The notes under the pieces were generated by a model. It saw nothing but the letters and a program-made list of their open reading frames with translations, had not been told where the DNA came from and searched no databases. A stretch of DNA of 64,000 nt from Acidobacteriota bacterium (GTDB lineage: Bacteria; Acidobacteriota; Terriglobia; Terriglobales; SCQP01): assembly GCA_027451805.1 (NCBI GenBank), contig DAIDIF010000023.1, positions 268 through 64,267 of the forward strand, given 5' to 3'. Positions 1-11,619 of this stretch are shown here, piece by piece. The translations under genes and the position numbers were made by a program. Every line of letters starts with the position of its first letter. Position 1 is the first letter of the stretch.

Positions 1-941
1 TCCAAACGGAGTTGGGCCCAGCGCGGCGCCTCCAGCCAGACCAGCGTCGCCAGGCGCTCGGCGGTGTGGAGGTGCAAGCGCAGCCGGGTGTGCGAGCGCG
101 GCGGCACGGCGCCGGGAAGCCACTCGAGCTCGGCCTCGAGCGCGGCCACGGGCGCGAACACGCCGGGCTCGACCAACTCCTGACCGCGCGCCAACTCGCC
201 GGCTTCGATGCCGGCGAGGTTGACGGCGGTACGCTGGCCGGCGCGGGCGGCGGCGGCGGGCGCGCCGTGAACCTGCAGACCGCGCACGCGCAGGCGGCGC
301 CCCGGCGGCGCCAGCTCGACTTCGGCTTCGGGCGTGAGCGTGCCCTGCAGCAGCGTGCCGGTGACGACGGGGCCGAAGCCGCGCAGGGCGAAGGCGCGGT
401 CGATGGGCAGACGCAGCGGGCGGTCGGCGGAGCGCGCGGGGACGACGACGGCGGCGGCGGCGAGGGCGGCGCGCAGCTCGCCGAGCCCTTCGCCGGTGCG
501 GGTGCTGACCGCCACGACGGGAGCCGATTCGAGGAAGGTGCCGGCGGCGAGCGCGGCGATCTCGCGGCGCACGATTTCGCGGCGCGCCGGCGGGGCGAGG
601 TCGGATTTGGTGAGGGCGATGACGCCCTGGCGCAGGCCGAGGAGCCGGCACACGGCGAGGTGCTCGACGGTTTGTGGACGGACTCCGTCGTCGGCGGCCA
701 CCACCAGCAGGACAAGATCGATGCCGGCGGCGCCGGCGAGCATGGTGCGGACGAAGCGCTCGTGCCCGGGCACGTCCACAAAGCCGAAGGCGATGCCCTG
801 CCAGCTCGCGTGGCCGAAGCCGAGGTCGAGCGTCATGCCGCGCCGCCGCTCTTCCGGCAGTCGATCGGGATGGACGCCGGTCAGCGCCTCCACCAGAGCG
901 CTCTTGCCGTGGTCAATGTGGCCGGCGGTACCGACGGTCAC
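1..941 (-). CDS. selB: Selenocysteine-specific translation elongation factor SelB, N-terminal part (3' end of gene lies beyond window start)
   Basis: The minus-strand frame is open to the window edge and is missing from the ORF track because it is truncated. GTG start at 939-941, with an in-frame TAA just upstream. My translation reads VTVGTAGHIDHGKSALVEALTGVHPDRLPEERRRGMTLDLGFG..FVDVPGHERF..ALTKSDL. It carries GTPase G1/G3/G4 motifs and aligns by eye with the E. coli SelB N-terminus (ATAGHVDHGKTTL..DRLPEEKKRGMTIDLGY). Confidence 0.8.
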   Translation of the reverse strand, partial: MTVGTAGHIDHGKSALVEALTGVHPDRLPEERRRGMTLDLGFGHASWQGIAFGFVDVPGHERFVRTMLAGAAGIDLVLLVVAADDGVRPQTVEHLAVCRLLGLRQGVIALTKSDLAPPARREIVRREIAALAAGTFLESAPVVAVSTRTGEGLGELRAALAAAAVVVPARSADRPLRLPIDRAFALRGFGPVVTGTLLQGTLTPEAEVELAPPGRRLRVRGLQVHGAPAAAARAGQRTAVNLAGIEAGELARGQELVEPGVFAPVAALEAELEWLPGAVPPRSHTRLRLHLHTAERLATLVWLEAPRWAQLRL

Positions 942-949
942 CGCCGCAC

Positions 950-1237
950 CTACCGTTTAAAGAGGTCGTCGAACCCGGCGCGGGCGTCGCCGGAGGGTTG
1001 CCGCAGGCCGCGGCCAGCCTCCGGAGCGGGATCGAAGTAGTCACAGCGATTGTTGCGCTCCTTGTCGCGCACCCATTCGGCCTGGTTTTCGCGGCACTCA
1101 TGGTGGGCGCCGGGGTCGTAATGGCGGCAGTTGCGACAGGTGTGCAGGTCGGCGTCGCAGCGCGGGCAGGACTCGCGCATGCCCACCCGCTGGCCCGAGG
1201 GCAGGGGGATTTCGGCGCCGCAATGCCTGCAGGTCAT
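950..1237 (-). CDS. Small multi-CxxC zinc-ribbon protein (95 aa), function unknown
   Basis: Track [31 protein letters not shown].. has three CxxC pairs plus extra Cys/His. Its ATG overlaps the stop of the upstream giant gene (ATGA at 1234-1237). Its stop lies 8 nt before the selB GTG. Confidence 0.6.
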   Translation of the reverse strand: MTCRHCGAEIPLPSGQRVGMRESCPRCDADLHTCRNCRHYDPGAHHECRENQAEWVRDKERNNRCDYFDPAPEAGRGLRQPSGDARAGFDDLFKR

Positions 1238-4200
1238 GCCTTCAGGCTAGCACCGCTGGCGCCCAACACGATGCGGACCTGGTGGGTGCGGCCGTCGTCA
1301 GCGAGGGGAATCGCGCCGGCATCCACCGGGAGGCCGTCGAGTTCGGCCTGGCCCACGCCGCGGCAGCGGCGCTCGGGATTGAGAACCAGAATCTCATAGC
1401 GGCTGGCGCCGTAGCGCCAGGCGATGTGGAACTCCGGCCAGGATGCCGGGATGCAGGGATTGACGAGGAAGGCGGCGCCACGGCGCTGCAGGCCGAGGAT
1501 GCTTTCCAGCCCGGCGCGGTACATCCAGCCTGCCGAGCCGGTATACCAACTCCACCCTCCCCGCCCGGCGTGAGGCGGGTTGGCGTACACATCGCCGGCC
1601 ATGACGTAGGGTTCGACCAGGTAGCGGGCGGCGCCCGCCGCCGTGCGGGCGTGATTGGCGGGATTGAGCATGTGAAACAGCTCAGCGGCCTCGTCCCCGT
1701 TGCCCAACTGCGCCAGGGCGATGACCATCCAGACCGCGGCGTGGGTGTATTGACCGCCATTTTCGCGGACCCCGGGCGGGTAACCTTTGATGTAGCCCGG
1801 ATCCTGCGCGGTGTGGTCGAAGGGCGGCTGGAGCAACCGCAGAATCTGCGCTTCGCGGGCGATCAGCGCGGAGCGCACCGCATCCATCGCGCGCTCCGCG
1901 AGCGGCCGCGGCGCCACGCCGGAAAGCACCGCCCAGGTTTGCGCAATCGAATCCAGTTGGCAGGCGTCGTTTTGGGCGGATCCGAGCGGGCTGCCGTCGT
2001 CGTAATAACCGCGGCGGTACCAGTCGCCATCCCAGGCCAGCGCCAACGCGGCGGCAAGCCTGGAACTCGCGGCCTGGTAGCGCGCGACCCGAGCCTGGTC
2101 GTGGCGCGCCTCGCACAGCGGCGTGAAACGGGCGAGGACATGGAAGGCGAAGAATCCCAGCCAAACGCTTTCGCCGCGGCCGGCAGGGCCGACGCGATTC
2201 ATGCCATCGTTCCAGTCGCCGCTGCCGAACAGGGGCAACCCGTGCGCGCCTGCCGTCAGCCCCTTGTCCAAGGCGCGGACGCAATGTTCATAGAGGGAGG
2301 CGGCATCGGGCGCATGGCCGGGTTGGGCGTAGGCCTCAATCGCGTCCGGGGCCAGCGGAGGGGCTTGCAGGAACGGCGCCGGCGCGTCCAGGACGGCATC
2401 GTCCCCGGTCGCGCGGACGTACTTGGCGGCAGCGTAGGGCAGCCAGAACAGGTCATCCGAGCATCGCGTCCGGAGCCCGCGGCCGCTGGGCTCGTGCCAC
2501 CAATGCTGCACGTCGCCCTCGACGAATTGGCGGCCGGCCGCGCGCAGCAGGTGTGCGCGGGTCAAATCCGGGCGCGCCAGCACCAGCGCCAGCACGTCCT
2601 GCAGTTGGTCGCGAAAACCGAACGCCCCGCTCGGCTGGTAGTAGCCGGAGCGCGTCCAGAGGCGGCAGCTCTGGGTTTGGTAGAGCAGCCAGCGGTTCAT
2701 CAGCACATCGAACGAGTCATCGGGCGTTTTCACCTGGACCGTGTCGAGGCTGCGGCTCCAAGTCTCGCGTACGCGGCGCAGCGCGGCGGCGGCAGCCTCC
2801 GCGCCGCCGCACTCCTCAATCAGGCGGCGCGCATGATTGCGGTCCCGGCCTTGCCCCAACAGAAACGCCACGCGCCGGCTTTCCCCCGGCTGCAAGTCGA
2901 TCCGGAGCTGCATGGCGGCGCAGGGATCGAGGCCGGCGCCGAGTTGGCCGGAGAGTTGGACCTGCCGCAAGCCGGCGGGCGCGGCCAGCGAGCCATTCCG
3001 CCCGAGAAACGCCGCCCGGTCGCCGGTGACGGATACGACCGCCTCACTGGCCGCCAGGAAGGCGGCGCCGGGGAACTCCGGGGTGAACGCGTTGGTGGCG
3101 AAGATGGCGCCGGTGGCGGCGTCGCGCTCGGTGACCACGTCCATCCGCTGCCGGTCGCCGGGCGGGCCCAGCGCCAGTTCGGCATAAGCGAAAAGGCTCA
3201 GCGCCCGCGGCACCGGGCCCTCGTTCTGCAGGGTCAAGAGCGACACCTTCACCGGCAGCTCGACGTCCACGAACACGTCGAGCTCGTGCCGGAGGCCGCG
3301 CGCGCGGCGTGCAAAATGCGTGGCGCCGGGTTCGTGGCGAATGAGGAAGCGCCCGCTGCCGGGGTTGCGATCCATCGGCCCCGGGGTGGGCGTCCAGACC
3401 TCGCCGGTGGCTTCGTCACGCAGGTAGAGGACCTCGGCGGTCGGGTCCGTGACCGGATCGTTGGCGAACGGCGTGAGCCGGTTCTCGCGGCTGTTGTGCG
3501 CCCAAGTGTGGGCCGACCCGGAGGCGGTCACAATCGTCCCGAAGCCCGCATTGGCGATCACGTTCACCCACGGCATGGGGGTCTCGTCGGCGCCATCGAG
3601 CACGACCGTATAGGCGTGGCCCGCATCGGTGAAGCCGCCCCAAGCGTTACCCAACGCAACCGCGGGTGCCTCCGGGGGGGAGGCTGGGGGGGGGATGGAC
3701 CGAGGCGGCTTCCAGCGTCCGGCGGTGGTGGGCAAGGCGGGGGCTGGCGTGGGGGCGGCATAGGGGCGATCCAGGTGGGTCTGCAAATCGCCGTGCGCGC
3801 CGCGGAGAATCGCGGAGGCGACCGTTTCGAGCAGGATGCGCTCGGCGGGCGCCAGCCGGTCCTGCCGCAGAAGATAGGCGCCGCCGGGGCGATGCTTCCA
3901 CATGCTCCAGGGGCCGTTGTCGAGCATGGCGGTGAGCTGCGCGTGCACGTCGTCGCGATAGCCGCCGGATTGCTGATTCACGATCACCACGTCCGCGCTC
4001 AAGCCTTTCATGCGCCAGTACTCCTGCGCCTGCAGCGCCTGCCGCGCCAGATCCATGTCGCCGGCGCTGCCGTCGGCGCAGACCAACAGGATGGGCAGAT
4101 CGCCGGAGATGGCGTGCGGCCAGAGGCCAGCCTGGCCGAGTTGGTTGGCAGCCAGCGTGGCGGGTCCGGCCCGCAAGGACGCATCGGCGTAGAGCACACG

Positions 4201-7200
4201 GGAGGCCAGGCGCTCGAACAGCAACGCCTGGTCGGCCGAGATGCCCAGATGCAGCAGGCCGCTCTGGAAGCGAAAGCGCGCCAGCGCGAAGGTCTGGGCG
4301 ATGGCGGCGGGGGCATGATACTTTCGCGCCAGCGCCTCGGCGGTCTCGCGATCCGGCGCCACCCCGGTGGCAAAGGCGATCCGCAGGCTGCCGCCGGGCG
4401 GCAGCCGGATGCGTTGGCGCAGGCTGACGATCGGATCGAGCACCACGCCGGTGGTACCGGAGAGCGCGCCTCCATCGAGCGCGGCCGGCCGGTTCATGCC
4501 GCGTCCCCGCCCCAGAAAGCGCGCCCGGTCGGTTTCCCACTCCACCGGGCCCTGGGTCGGCCCCTCGGGGCACAGCACGTGCAGCGCCCACAGCTCCGGC
4601 TCTTCCGCATCGCGCCGGCGCCGATGGCAGAGCAGGGCGGTGCAAGCGGGCACATACTCGGTCGCGACGAAGAGCTTGCCGAAGGCGGGGTGGGCGAGGT
4701 CGCTCGCGGGGCTGGCGAGCACGACTTCGGCGTAGCTGGTGAGTTCGATTTCGCGCATGCGCAGGCCGTGGTTGCGCAGCGTGACGCGGCGCACCTCGAC
4801 GTCGTCCTCGGTGGAGACGGCGATGTCGAGCCGGGTGGAAATGTCGTCGTCACGGCGCCGAAAGGTGGCGGAGTCGGGGGCCAGGGTGACGTCGTATTCG
4901 GCCGGCTCCGGGGGCATCGGGTTGGCGGTGGCCGACCACACCGCGCCACTACGCACATCGCGCAGATACAGGCACTGTCCGGCGGGATCACGCGTGGCGT
5001 CGCGCCGCGAGCGCGTCACCGCCATGCCGCGGCGGAAGCTGCTGCCGCCGCCCGCGTTGGTGACCACGGTGGCATAGTTGCCGTTGGAGAGAAACTGCGC
5101 GTGCGGGTAGACGGTGTGCGCGGTGCGGAAATGGCGCATCCGGCCGGCGACCGGCGGCGGCGCGGCGCGAAGGCTCTCGGGCGGGCGCGACTCGAACTCG
5201 GGGCGCTGGCGCGGCACGCGCTCCTGCAGCAACAACTCGGTGGCCTGCACCCGGGGATCGGCATGAAACCGTTCCACCATCCGATTGCCCTGCAAGGCAT
5301 TGGCGATGGCGACCAGCGTCATGCCCTGGTGGTGGGCCAGATACGTGCGCACCACCACGCCCGCCGGCGGCGCCGGCGGCGCGGTGTCGGGGTCGCGGTG
5401 GGTGTAGTCCACCGCGTCAAACAGGCCGTACGCACCCGCCAGGCCGGCGCGCGCCAATCGGCGCAGATTCGCCACGCTGGCGGCCGGGTCCGCCATGATC
5501 GCGAGCGCGGTCGCATAGGGCGCCACCACGAGCTCATCGCCCAAGCCGCGTTTCAGTCCCAGACCGGGAACGCCAAAGGCCTTGTACTGATAGGTGTCGT
5601 GCCGATCCACCACGTTATACGCGGATTCGGAGATGCCCCAAGGCGTGCCGCGCACGGCGCCGTAATCGCGCTGGCGGCGCGCCGCCATGCGGCAGGATTC
5701 GTCCAACAGGGTCTCCGGATAACTCCGCATGAGCAGCAGCGGCATCAGGTATTCGAACATCGTCCCGCTCCAGGACAGGAGCACCGGCGCGCCATGCACG
5801 CTGGTCAAGGACCGCCCCAAGTGGAACCAGTGCATCTCCGGCACGTCGCCCTTGGCAATGGCGAAAAAACTGGCGAGCCGCGCCTCCGACGCCAACAGAT
5901 CGTAGTAGGCCGCATCCGGCCGGCCCGGTCCGTCGGCATCGGCGAGGCGATAGCCGACGACGAACAAGCGGCGCGGCGGATCGTAGAGCAGGCGGAAGTC
6001 CATCTCCCCGGCCAGCGTCTCGGCGCGCGCGGCCAGGGCGGGCGCCAGGCTGCGCAGCCCCGCCGCCAGCGTGAGCAGCGCGCCGGCGAGGTTGCCGCTA
6101 TCCACCGTGGACACATAGCGCGGCAACAGGGGCGCCAGCGTCAGCGTGTCGTACCAGTTCAGCAGGTGGCCTTCGAACCGCTCCAGCCGGCCGAGGGTGG
6201 CGAGGGCCGCCTCGACGCGGGCGAGGAGTTCGCCGGTGGGGATGAAACCGAGGTCGTGGGCCGCCAGCGCCGCCAGCAGGCCCATGCCGATGTTGGTGGG
6301 CGAGGTGCGATGCGCGATGGTCAAGGCCGGAACGGTCTGCACGCTGTCGGGCGGCAGCGCGTGATCCGGCTCGCCCGCAAAGGTGGCAAAGAACTGCCAG
6401 GTGCTGCGCGCCACGCTGGTGAGATAGTCACGATCGGCTGCCGACAAGGGGGGCGGGGTTCTGGCGTGCGGGCGGCTGAGGCGGCAGGCGATTGCCGGCG
6501 CCAGCGCCCACAGAGCGCAAATCGGGACCGCCTCCGGCCAGGCGCCGGGACGCACGGCGGCGACCAGCGCCAATCCGCCGGCGGCGATGGCGGGGCTGGC
6601 GATCATGCCCACCCAGCACGCCCGCCATCCCGGCGGACCGCCGCCGCGTGCGCCGGCCGCGGCGGTTTCCCACTCCAGCAATCCGCGGTGGGTGAGGCTC
6701 ATGCGGACCAGGGTGACGGCGACCGCGTGCAAGCGCTGCCAGGCGTCATTGGCGACAAACGCCAGTTGCAGCAGGGCGTGCGCGGCCGCCGCCTGCACCT
6801 CCGCGGCCTGGACGCGGAAGGCGAGGGACCAGGATTGCTTCCGCCGCAGCGCGGCCAGGGCGCCCGCCAGCTCGGTGGCAACCGGAAAGGCGAGCGCCGC
6901 CAGCGCCACGGCGGTCCAGCCCAGCACCGGCCCGGGCAGCACGCTCCAACCCAGCAGCAGCAACGCCACCGTGGCCGGCGGCAGCAAGCTGCGGCGGAGG
7001 TTGTCGAGCAACTTCCAGCGCGAGATCACCGGCAGCTGGTTGCGGGCGAGTCCGGAACGCGAGGGCACCCACGGCAGCAGCCACAGCAGGAGCTGCCAGT
7101 CGCCCCGCACCCAGCGATGCTGGCGGCGAGCGTGCGCGAGCACGCTCGAAGGATAGTCGTCCACCACCTCGAGGTCGCTCACCAGCGCCGTGCGCGCATA

Positions 7201-9297
7201 GAGGCCTTCGAACAAGTCATGCGACAAGAGGGCGTTTTCCGGCGCGCGGCCGTCGAGCGCGGCCACGAAGGCATCCACATCGTACATACCCTTGCCGGTG
7301 TAGATGCCTTCGCCGAAGAGGTCTTGGTAAACGTCCGAGACCGCAGTGGTATAAGGATCAACGCCGGTGTGGCCGGCATACGCGCGCGCGAACAGCGAGC
7401 CCGCCGCGCTGGCCATGGTCACGCTGACGCGGGGCTGCAGAATGGCGTAGCCCTCGGTGACGCGACCCAGGCGTGGGTCGAAGACGGGGCGGTTCAACGG
7501 GTGCGCCAGGATGCCGGCCAGCTTGCGGGCGGTGTCGCGCGGCAGTCGGGTGTCGGAATCGAGGGTGAGGCAATAGCGCACCGAGGCCAGCACGCCCAGT
7601 TCGCCGGCCTGCACGGTAAAACCGCTGTCGCCGGCGCAACGCAGCCGGCGGTTGAACTCTTCGAGTTTGCCGCGCTTGCGTTCCCATCCCATCCACACGC
7701 GTTCGCGCGGATTCCATTGCCGCTCACGGTGGAAGAGGAAGAACAAGTCGCGGCGCTCGGCGGCGTGGCGCCGGTTCAGCGCCTCGATCCCGACCCGCAC
7801 CTGCGCCAGAAGCGCCGCATCCTGGGGCAGGTCGCGCGCGGCGGCGTCGGTGAAATCGGTGAGCAGAGCGAAGTGCAGGTGCGGGTCCAGGTTGCCCAGC
7901 GCCAGCACCTCAATATGCTCGAGCAACGCCGCCACGCCCGCCGAACTGGTCAGCAGTGTGGGCACCACCACGATCGTCCGCGCCACCGCCGGAATCCCAG
8001 CCGTGAAATCGAGGCGCGGCAGGCGGCGCGGCGCCACCAGCAGCGGCGTCAGCCGCTGCACGCAAGCCAGCGCCACATCGGCGGCGGGAATCGCCAGCAG
8101 CAGCACGGTCACGGCCAGCCCGGCGGCAGCCATGCCCCGCTGCCGCAGATACCAGCCGGCGGCGGCGAGCAACGGCATGGCGATTAAGGAGAGTAGGCCG
8201 AAATACAGCCCGGCCGGGTGGCCGAGCAGCCAGTGGCGCACCCGCCGGCCCAGGCGCGGGCGGCAGCCTACTTCCGCCTCCAGCCCGCGGCGCCCGCGGT
8301 CAATCAGGTAATAGCCCACGTGGGCCGCGCGCCCGCCGCCGGGCCGGTCCGCCGCCGCGCGCGCGCACTCGACCGCGCGCAGCGCCACGCGGAGCTGCGC
8401 CTCGCCGCTCGCCGCCGCGATCGCCTCCACCGCTTGCCGCTGCTGGTCGCGGCTGAGGAAGTCCATCGCCCCATACACGCCACCGGGATCGCGCCGCAAG
8501 GCCTGCTCCACCAGGCTGACGCTCTCGAAGAACTCCTGCCAGTCCAGCGTGGCGCACAGTCGCAGGCTGGTGATGGCGTTCGCCACCGAAGCCTGCGTGA
8601 TTGCCTGCCGCTGATGCTCGCCGCGAATCGCCTCCTCAGCCGTCGTCTCCGTGGCCTGCAGGTACCGCTCGATCGCCGTGCGCGCCGGCAACATCCGCAG
8701 GCCGTATTCGCGCAGGCGATGCAGCAGCTGCACCAGATAGGCCGCCGCCGGATGCGCCAATGGTGGCAGCGGCCCCGGATGCGCGGCGAAGCCGGCGATC
8801 CAATCGTCCGCGGCCTGGCGTTCGCCCCGCGCCGCCATGATCTCCTCCGCCAGGCGGCGCAGGTTCTCGATCAGCGCCAGCTTCAGCATGCTGGGCCACG
8901 CCCACAACTCGCCGATGGTCAGCGGGGCGACGCGCTGGTAGCTTTGCAAGAACAACGCCAACTGCTGCGGGTCGAGGCGGCTGTCGCTATGGCGAATCAG
9001 CTCAATGGCGATGACATAGATGCGGGCATGGCCCCGGTGGCCGGGCGAGGTCAGCGTGGGCAGCCCACGATAGTAGGTGCGGGGCAGATTCCGCTGGACC
9101 GACCGGATCTCGGCGCTCACCACGTGGAAGTTGTCGAGCAGCCACTCCGCGGCCGCAGTCGCAGCCCGGCGCGCACGCACATCGCCGGCCAGGACGCGGT
9201 ACGCCTCGCGCAGCACGCGCGCGTTCTCGGCGTAGCGCGGGTAAATGTTGAGGGCGCGCCGGCGCGCCGTTGGCGCCACGGCGAAGGTGGCGGCCAA
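1234..9297 (-). CDS. Cyclic beta-1,2-glucan synthase-like giant protein (NdvB/Cgs/ChvB family: membrane glycosyltransferase plus C-terminal GH94 phosphorylase-like region), 2687 aa
   Basis: Single 8-kb ORF with hydrophobic membrane segments. It has a GT core with [28 protein letters not shown] and ILQPRVS motifs, and a long C-terminal glycoside-hydrolase/phosphorylase-like region (..[26 protein letters not shown]..). Size and domain order match my recollection of NdvB-type synthases. Confidence 0.8.
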   Translation of the reverse strand: MAATFAVAPTARRRALNIYPRYAENARVLREAYRVLAGDVRARRAATAAAEWLLDNFHVVSAEIRSVQRNLPRTYYRGLPTLTSPGHRGHARIYVIAIELIRHSDSRLDPQQLALFLQSYQRVAPLTIGELWAWPSMLKLALIENLRRLAEEIMAARGERQAADDWIAGFAAHPGPLPPLAHPAAAYLVQLLHRLREYGLRMLPARTAIERYLQATETTAEEAIRGEHQRQAITQASVANAITSLRLCATLDWQEFFESVSLVEQALRRDPGGVYGAMDFLSRDQQRQAVEAIAAASGEAQLRVALRAVECARAAADRPGGGRAAHVGYYLIDRGRRGLEAEVGCRPRLGRRVRHWLLGHPAGLYFGLLSLIAMPLLAAAGWYLRQRGMAAAGLAVTVLLLAIPAADVALACVQRLTPLLVAPRRLPRLDFTAGIPAVARTIVVVPTLLTSSAGVAALLEHIEVLALGNLDPHLHFALLTDFTDAAARDLPQDAALLAQVRVGIEALNRRHAAERRDLFFLFHRERQWNPRERVWMGWERKRGKLEEFNRRLRCAGDSGFTVQAGELGVLASVRYCLTLDSDTRLPRDTARKLAGILAHPLNRPVFDPRLGRVTEGYAILQPRVSVTMASAAGSLFARAYAGHTGVDPYTTAVSDVYQDLFGEGIYTGKGMYDVDAFVAALDGRAPENALLSHDLFEGLYARTALVSDLEVVDDYPSSVLAHARRQHRWVRGDWQLLLWLLPWVPSRSGLARNQLPVISRWKLLDNLRRSLLPPATVALLLLGWSVLPGPVLGWTAVALAALAFPVATELAGALAALRRKQSWSLAFRVQAAEVQAAAAHALLQLAFVANDAWQRLHAVAVTLVRMSLTHRGLLEWETAAAGARGGGPPGWRACWVGMIASPAIAAGGLALVAAVRPGAWPEAVPICALWALAPAIACRLSRPHARTPPPLSAADRDYLTSVARSTWQFFATFAGEPDHALPPDSVQTVPALTIAHRTSPTNIGMGLLAALAAHDLGFIPTGELLARVEAALATLGRLERFEGHLLNWYDTLTLAPLLPRYVSTVDSGNLAGALLTLAAGLRSLAPALAARAETLAGEMDFRLLYDPPRRLFVVGYRLADADGPGRPDAAYYDLLASEARLASFFAIAKGDVPEMHWFHLGRSLTSVHGAPVLLSWSGTMFEYLMPLLLMRSYPETLLDESCRMAARRQRDYGAVRGTPWGISESAYNVVDRHDTYQYKAFGVPGLGLKRGLGDELVVAPYATALAIMADPAASVANLRRLARAGLAGAYGLFDAVDYTHRDPDTAPPAPPAGVVVRTYLAHHQGMTLVAIANALQGNRMVERFHADPRVQATELLLQERVPRQRPEFESRPPESLRAAPPPVAGRMRHFRTAHTVYPHAQFLSNGNYATVVTNAGGGSSFRRGMAVTRSRRDATRDPAGQCLYLRDVRSGAVWSATANPMPPEPAEYDVTLAPDSATFRRRDDDISTRLDIAVSTEDDVEVRRVTLRNHGLRMREIELTSYAEVVLASPASDLAHPAFGKLFVATEYVPACTALLCHRRRRDAEEPELWALHVLCPEGPTQGPVEWETDRARFLGRGRGMNRPAALDGGALSGTTGVVLDPIVSLRQRIRLPPGGSLRIAFATGVAPDRETAEALARKYHAPAAIAQTFALARFRFQSGLLHLGISADQALLFERLASRVLYADASLRAGPATLAANQLGQAGLWPHAISGDLPILLVCADGSAGDMDLARQALQAQEYWRMKGLSADVVIVNQQSGGYRDDVHAQLTAMLDNGPWSMWKHRPGGAYLLRQDRLAPAERILLETVASAILRGAHGDLQTHLDRPYAAPTPAPALPTTAGRWKPPRSIPPPASPPEAPAVALGNAWGGFTDAGHAYTVVLDGADETPMPWVNVIANAGFGTIVTASGSAHTWAHNSRENRLTPFANDPVTDPTAEVLYLRDEATGEVWTPTPGPMDRNPGSGRFLIRHEPGATHFARRARGLRHELDVFVDVELPVKVSLLTLQNEGPVPRALSLFAYAELALGPPGDRQRMDVVTERDAATGAIFATNAFTPEFPGAAFLAASEAVVSVTGDRAAFLGRNGSLAAPAGLRQVQLSGQLGAGLDPCAAMQLRIDLQPGESRRVAFLLGQGRDRNHARRLIEECGGAEAAAAALRRVRETWSRSLDTVQVKTPDDSFDVLMNRWLLYQTQSCRLWTRSGYYQPSGAFGFRDQLQDVLALVLARPDLTRAHLLRAAGRQFVEGDVQHWWHEPSGRGLRTRCSDDLFWLPYAAAKYVRATGDDAVLDAPAPFLQAPPLAPDAIEAYAQPGHAPDAASLYEHCVRALDKGLTAGAHGLPLFGSGDWNDGMNRVGPAGRGESVWLGFFAFHVLARFTPLCEARHDQARVARYQAASSRLAAALALAWDGDWYRRGYYDDGSPLGSAQNDACQLDSIAQTWAVLSGVAPRPLAERAMDAVRSALIAREAQILRLLQPPFDHTAQDPGYIKGYPPGVRENGGQYTHAAVWMVIALAQLGNGDEAAELFHMLNPANHARTAAGAARYLVEPYVMAGDVYANPPHAGRGGWSWYTGSAGWMYRAGLESILGLQRRGAAFLVNPCIPASWPEFHIAWRYGASRYEILVLNPERRCRGVGQAELDGLPVDAGAIPLADDGRTHQVRIVLGASGASLKA

Positions 9298-9531
9298 GGC
9301 CTGGGCGCGCGCTTCCAGCCGCTCGTTGCCGAGCAGCTCGTCCCGCAGCGGCTTGTCCGCCTCCGCTCCGCGGCGCGTCCACGCGCGCCCCTCGGGCCCG
9401 ACGCCGGGCCCCTCTCCGGACGACCAGCCGGCGCCGGGGTCTCCGTTGCCGCCCGCCGTGTTCGGCCGGCGCGTGGCTGCCGGCTGCAGGTCCGGTGCGG
9501 AGCCGCCGCTCGAGGTGTGGCGCGGCAGCGG

Positions 9532-10251
9532 CTACTCGCTTAAGACAATGTCGGTTAAAAGTGCGGGGTGAATCCGAACTTCGCCGTTGTATTCGATCAG
9601 CCCGAGGCGGCGGAATTTGTTCATGAAAAAATTGACGCGGCTACGCGTGGTGCCGATCATCTCCGCCAAGAACTCCTGGCTGACCTTGGGGGTGATCAGA
9701 TGCCCCTCGGCACCGCCGGCGTCCAGGCCAAAGCGGGAAAGCTTCAGCAGAGCGCGGGCCAGACGTTTCTCGCTGTGGTTGAAGAGCTGGTCGCAAATGT
9801 CCTCTTCGAAGGCCAAGTTGCGAATGAGCAACTGCGCGAGAAATGCCTCCGAAAGCGGGTGTTGGTCATGCAGGGCCTGCACCAGCGCCGCCTTTTGCAC
9901 CCGCGTCGCGGTGACTGTGCTGAGCGCGACCGCCGAACCGATGCGCAGCGGCTGGGCCGCCAGACATCCCTCGCCACAAAACCCTCCCGCCTCCAGGATG
10001 CCGAGGATCGCCTCCTTGCCGCTACTCGACAACACCGACAAGCGCACCTTGCCGCGATCGAGAAAGAACACCGCATCGGCCTTCTCGCCCTGGGAGTAAA
10101 GGCATGCGCCCTTGCGCAGCACCACTTCGCTCTTGCCGCGCTCAATCTTCTGCAGCAGCGGGGCAAACCAGGAAACCGGGGGGACCGGCACGACGACCAC
10201 CTTCGTGGCTGCAGGTGCGTCGCGTCGTTGGGTCCGCGGTTTGACCGCCAT
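9532..10251 (-). CDS. Crp/Fnr family transcriptional regulator
   Basis: I trimmed the 382-aa track ORF to the internal ATG (10249-10251), giving MAVKPRT... The protein has a cNMP-binding-like domain (LYSQGEKADAVFFLDRGKVRLS..GKEAILGILEAGGFCGE) and a C-terminal HTH (SQEFLAEMIGTTRSRVNFFMNKFRRLGLI). The longer N-terminus is Arg/Pro-rich and would overlap the next gene. Confidence 0.85.
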   Translation of the reverse strand: MAVKPRTQRRDAPAATKVVVVPVPPVSWFAPLLQKIERGKSEVVLRKGACLYSQGEKADAVFFLDRGKVRLSVLSSSGKEAILGILEAGGFCGEGCLAAQPLRIGSAVALSTVTATRVQKAALVQALHDQHPLSEAFLAQLLIRNLAFEEDICDQLFNHSEKRLARALLKLSRFGLDAGGAEGHLITPKVSQEFLAEMIGTTRSRVNFFMNKFRRLGLIEYNGEVRIHPALLTDIVLSE

Positions 10252-10300
10252 TTCGTGCCTCTCTAGATCAACACAGTATAGCGCATGCAAGGTTGAGTGC

Positions 10301-11146
10301 TTACTTCCGCAGCGCGGATTCACGCAGCAGAGTAAGGGCATCCTTGGCATTGAAGGGATACCGGCGCAGCGACTTCTGGCCGGTGGCATTGAGGAGACTG
10401 TCGGCCCGGCGGTTCTGCGCCAGCGCGATCGATGGAAGGTTGGCAAGCAGCGTCCGCCGCTGCGCGGAATCAAGGCTGGGGTCACTTTCGATCGCCGTAT
10501 GCACCTGGGCGGCGTCCAGCTCGTCGCGTTTGCCGAAGGAGTGGGTTTCGATGTTAGCCGCCGGCACGCCCTGCGCCACCAGGTAGCGCTTACTGATGGC
10601 GACGCGCCGCTGGGCGAGCGCTTGGTTGTATGCCGCCGAGGCGCGGTCGTCGGTGTGGCCTTCGAGGGTGATGCGGGCATCAGGCGCCAGTCCGGTCGCC
10701 CCGTAGGCGGGCGTGGTCGCGATCACTGCCAGCGGAGCCAGGCTGGTGAAGGGCACGGCGCCGGTGGTCCGCCCCGCGCTGGTGACGCTGATCTCGGCCG
10801 CCCCGGGCGCGGCGCTGGCGGCGATGGCGAAGGCGGCGGTAATCTGGCGGCTGCTCACCACCACGGTCCGGGACGCCCCCAGTCGCGCCCCGCCGACATT
10901 CACCGTGGCGCCATTGGCGAAGTTGGCGCCGGCCAGCGCGACCGCGACGGTCGCGCCCGTTGACGGGCGCGGGCCCCAGCGCGGCTGCGCCGCGCGTCCC
11001 GCTTGTGCTCCCGGACCGGGGCTGATCGCAGTCAAGGTCGGGGCGAGCACGCTCTGCTCGCGGCCGCACCCGGCGGCAAGCAGGCCGAGCAGGGCGAGCG
11101 GTACCCGCCGTAACGGCGACAAGCGGTTGGCGGCGGCGCGAGGCAT
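10301..11146 (-). CDS. OmpA/MotB-domain lipoprotein with IPT/TIG-like beta-sandwich
   Basis: Start chosen at M22 (ATG 11144-11146). Lipoprotein signal LALLGLLAAGC. C-terminal OmpA-like motif TLEGHTDDRASAAYNQALAQRRVAISKRYLV. Confidence 0.75.
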   Translation of the reverse strand: MPRAAANRLSPLRRVPLALLGLLAAGCGREQSVLAPTLTAISPGPGAQAGRAAQPRWGPRPSTGATVAVALAGANFANGATVNVGGARLGASRTVVVSSRQITAAFAIAASAAPGAAEISVTSAGRTTGAVPFTSLAPLAVIATTPAYGATGLAPDARITLEGHTDDRASAAYNQALAQRRVAISKRYLVAQGVPAANIETHSFGKRDELDAAQVHTAIESDPSLDSAQRRTLLANLPSIALAQNRRADSLLNATGQKSLRRYPFNAKDALTLLRESALRK

Positions 11147-11356
11147 GTTCTGGTTCCGTGAAGTCCGCGGCATTACGGGCAATCCTTGGTGGGCGGAGCA
11201 CGCCAACAACCCACAGCTACCTTCGCGCTCCTGTGACAGATTATCCGGCCTGATGCCGCGTATCTGTGCAGTAACGCACAGCAGATTAGCCGCTGGTTGG
11301 TTAGCTTGGGGTGCAGATGAGTGGCGCCTGCCGCTCAGACTCCAAGGAGACTGGTT

Positions 11357-11503
11357 ATGCTCTGGACCCTGATCGTAGTTATACTGGTGCTATGGCTTCT
11401 CGGCTTCAGCCTGCACTTCGCAGGCGGCCTGATTCACATTCTGCTGGTGGTGGCATTGATCATGATCGTGTACGACCTGATCGTCCGTCGTCGCCGCATC
11501 TAA
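11357..11503 (+). CDS. Small (48 aa) two-TM membrane protein, lmo0937-like family
   Basis: Internal ATG at 11357 is preceded by AAGGAGA. Sequence MLWTLIVVILVLWLLGFSLHFAGGLIHILLVVALIMIVYDLIVRRRRI is typical of this widespread small-protein family, as far as I recall. Confidence 0.6.
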   Translation: MLWTLIVVILVLWLLGFSLHFAGGLIHILLVVALIMIVYDLIVRRRRI

Positions 11504-11547
11504 TCTTTCGCGGGCGCCGCCGTTCCCACGCGCGAGCCGCCGCAAGC

Positions 11548-11591
11548 CAATGCGCCCGCGCCCCGTGCGACCACGGGGCGCGGGCGCATTG
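11548..11591. terminator. Perfect 20-bp-stem / 4-nt-loop hairpin between convergent genes (candidate bidirectional terminator or protein-binding palindrome)
   Basis: CAATGCGCCCGCGCCCCGTG-cgac-CACGGGGCGCGGGCGCATTG read directly from the sequence. No clear U-tract on either side. Confidence 0.5.
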
Positions 11592-11619
11592 CCAACCCGG
11601 AGCCGGCGACCGATGCCGG

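Noticed and set aside
12-1040. 342-aa plus-strand ORF (and nested 334..960, 674..1399) covering the left edge
   Set aside because: The composition is extremely Arg/Ala/Gly/Asp-rich with no recognisable motifs. The opposite strand encodes a clean SelB GTPase domain and the zinc-ribbon ORF. This is a typical antisense shadow ORF in high-GC DNA.
1282-8187. 2301-aa plus-strand ORF, the second longest in the track
   Set aside because: It lies entirely antisense to the 2687-aa glucan-synthase-like gene. Its composition is dominated by R/G/A/P/Q with no domain-like segments. Stop codons are rare in the antisense frame of GC3-rich genes.
10252-10680. N-terminal 143-aa extension of the Crp/Fnr ORF
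   Set aside because: The extension overlaps the 3' end of the OmpA-like gene and is Pro/Arg/Ser-rich. The internal ATG gives a protein of standard Crp/Fnr length.
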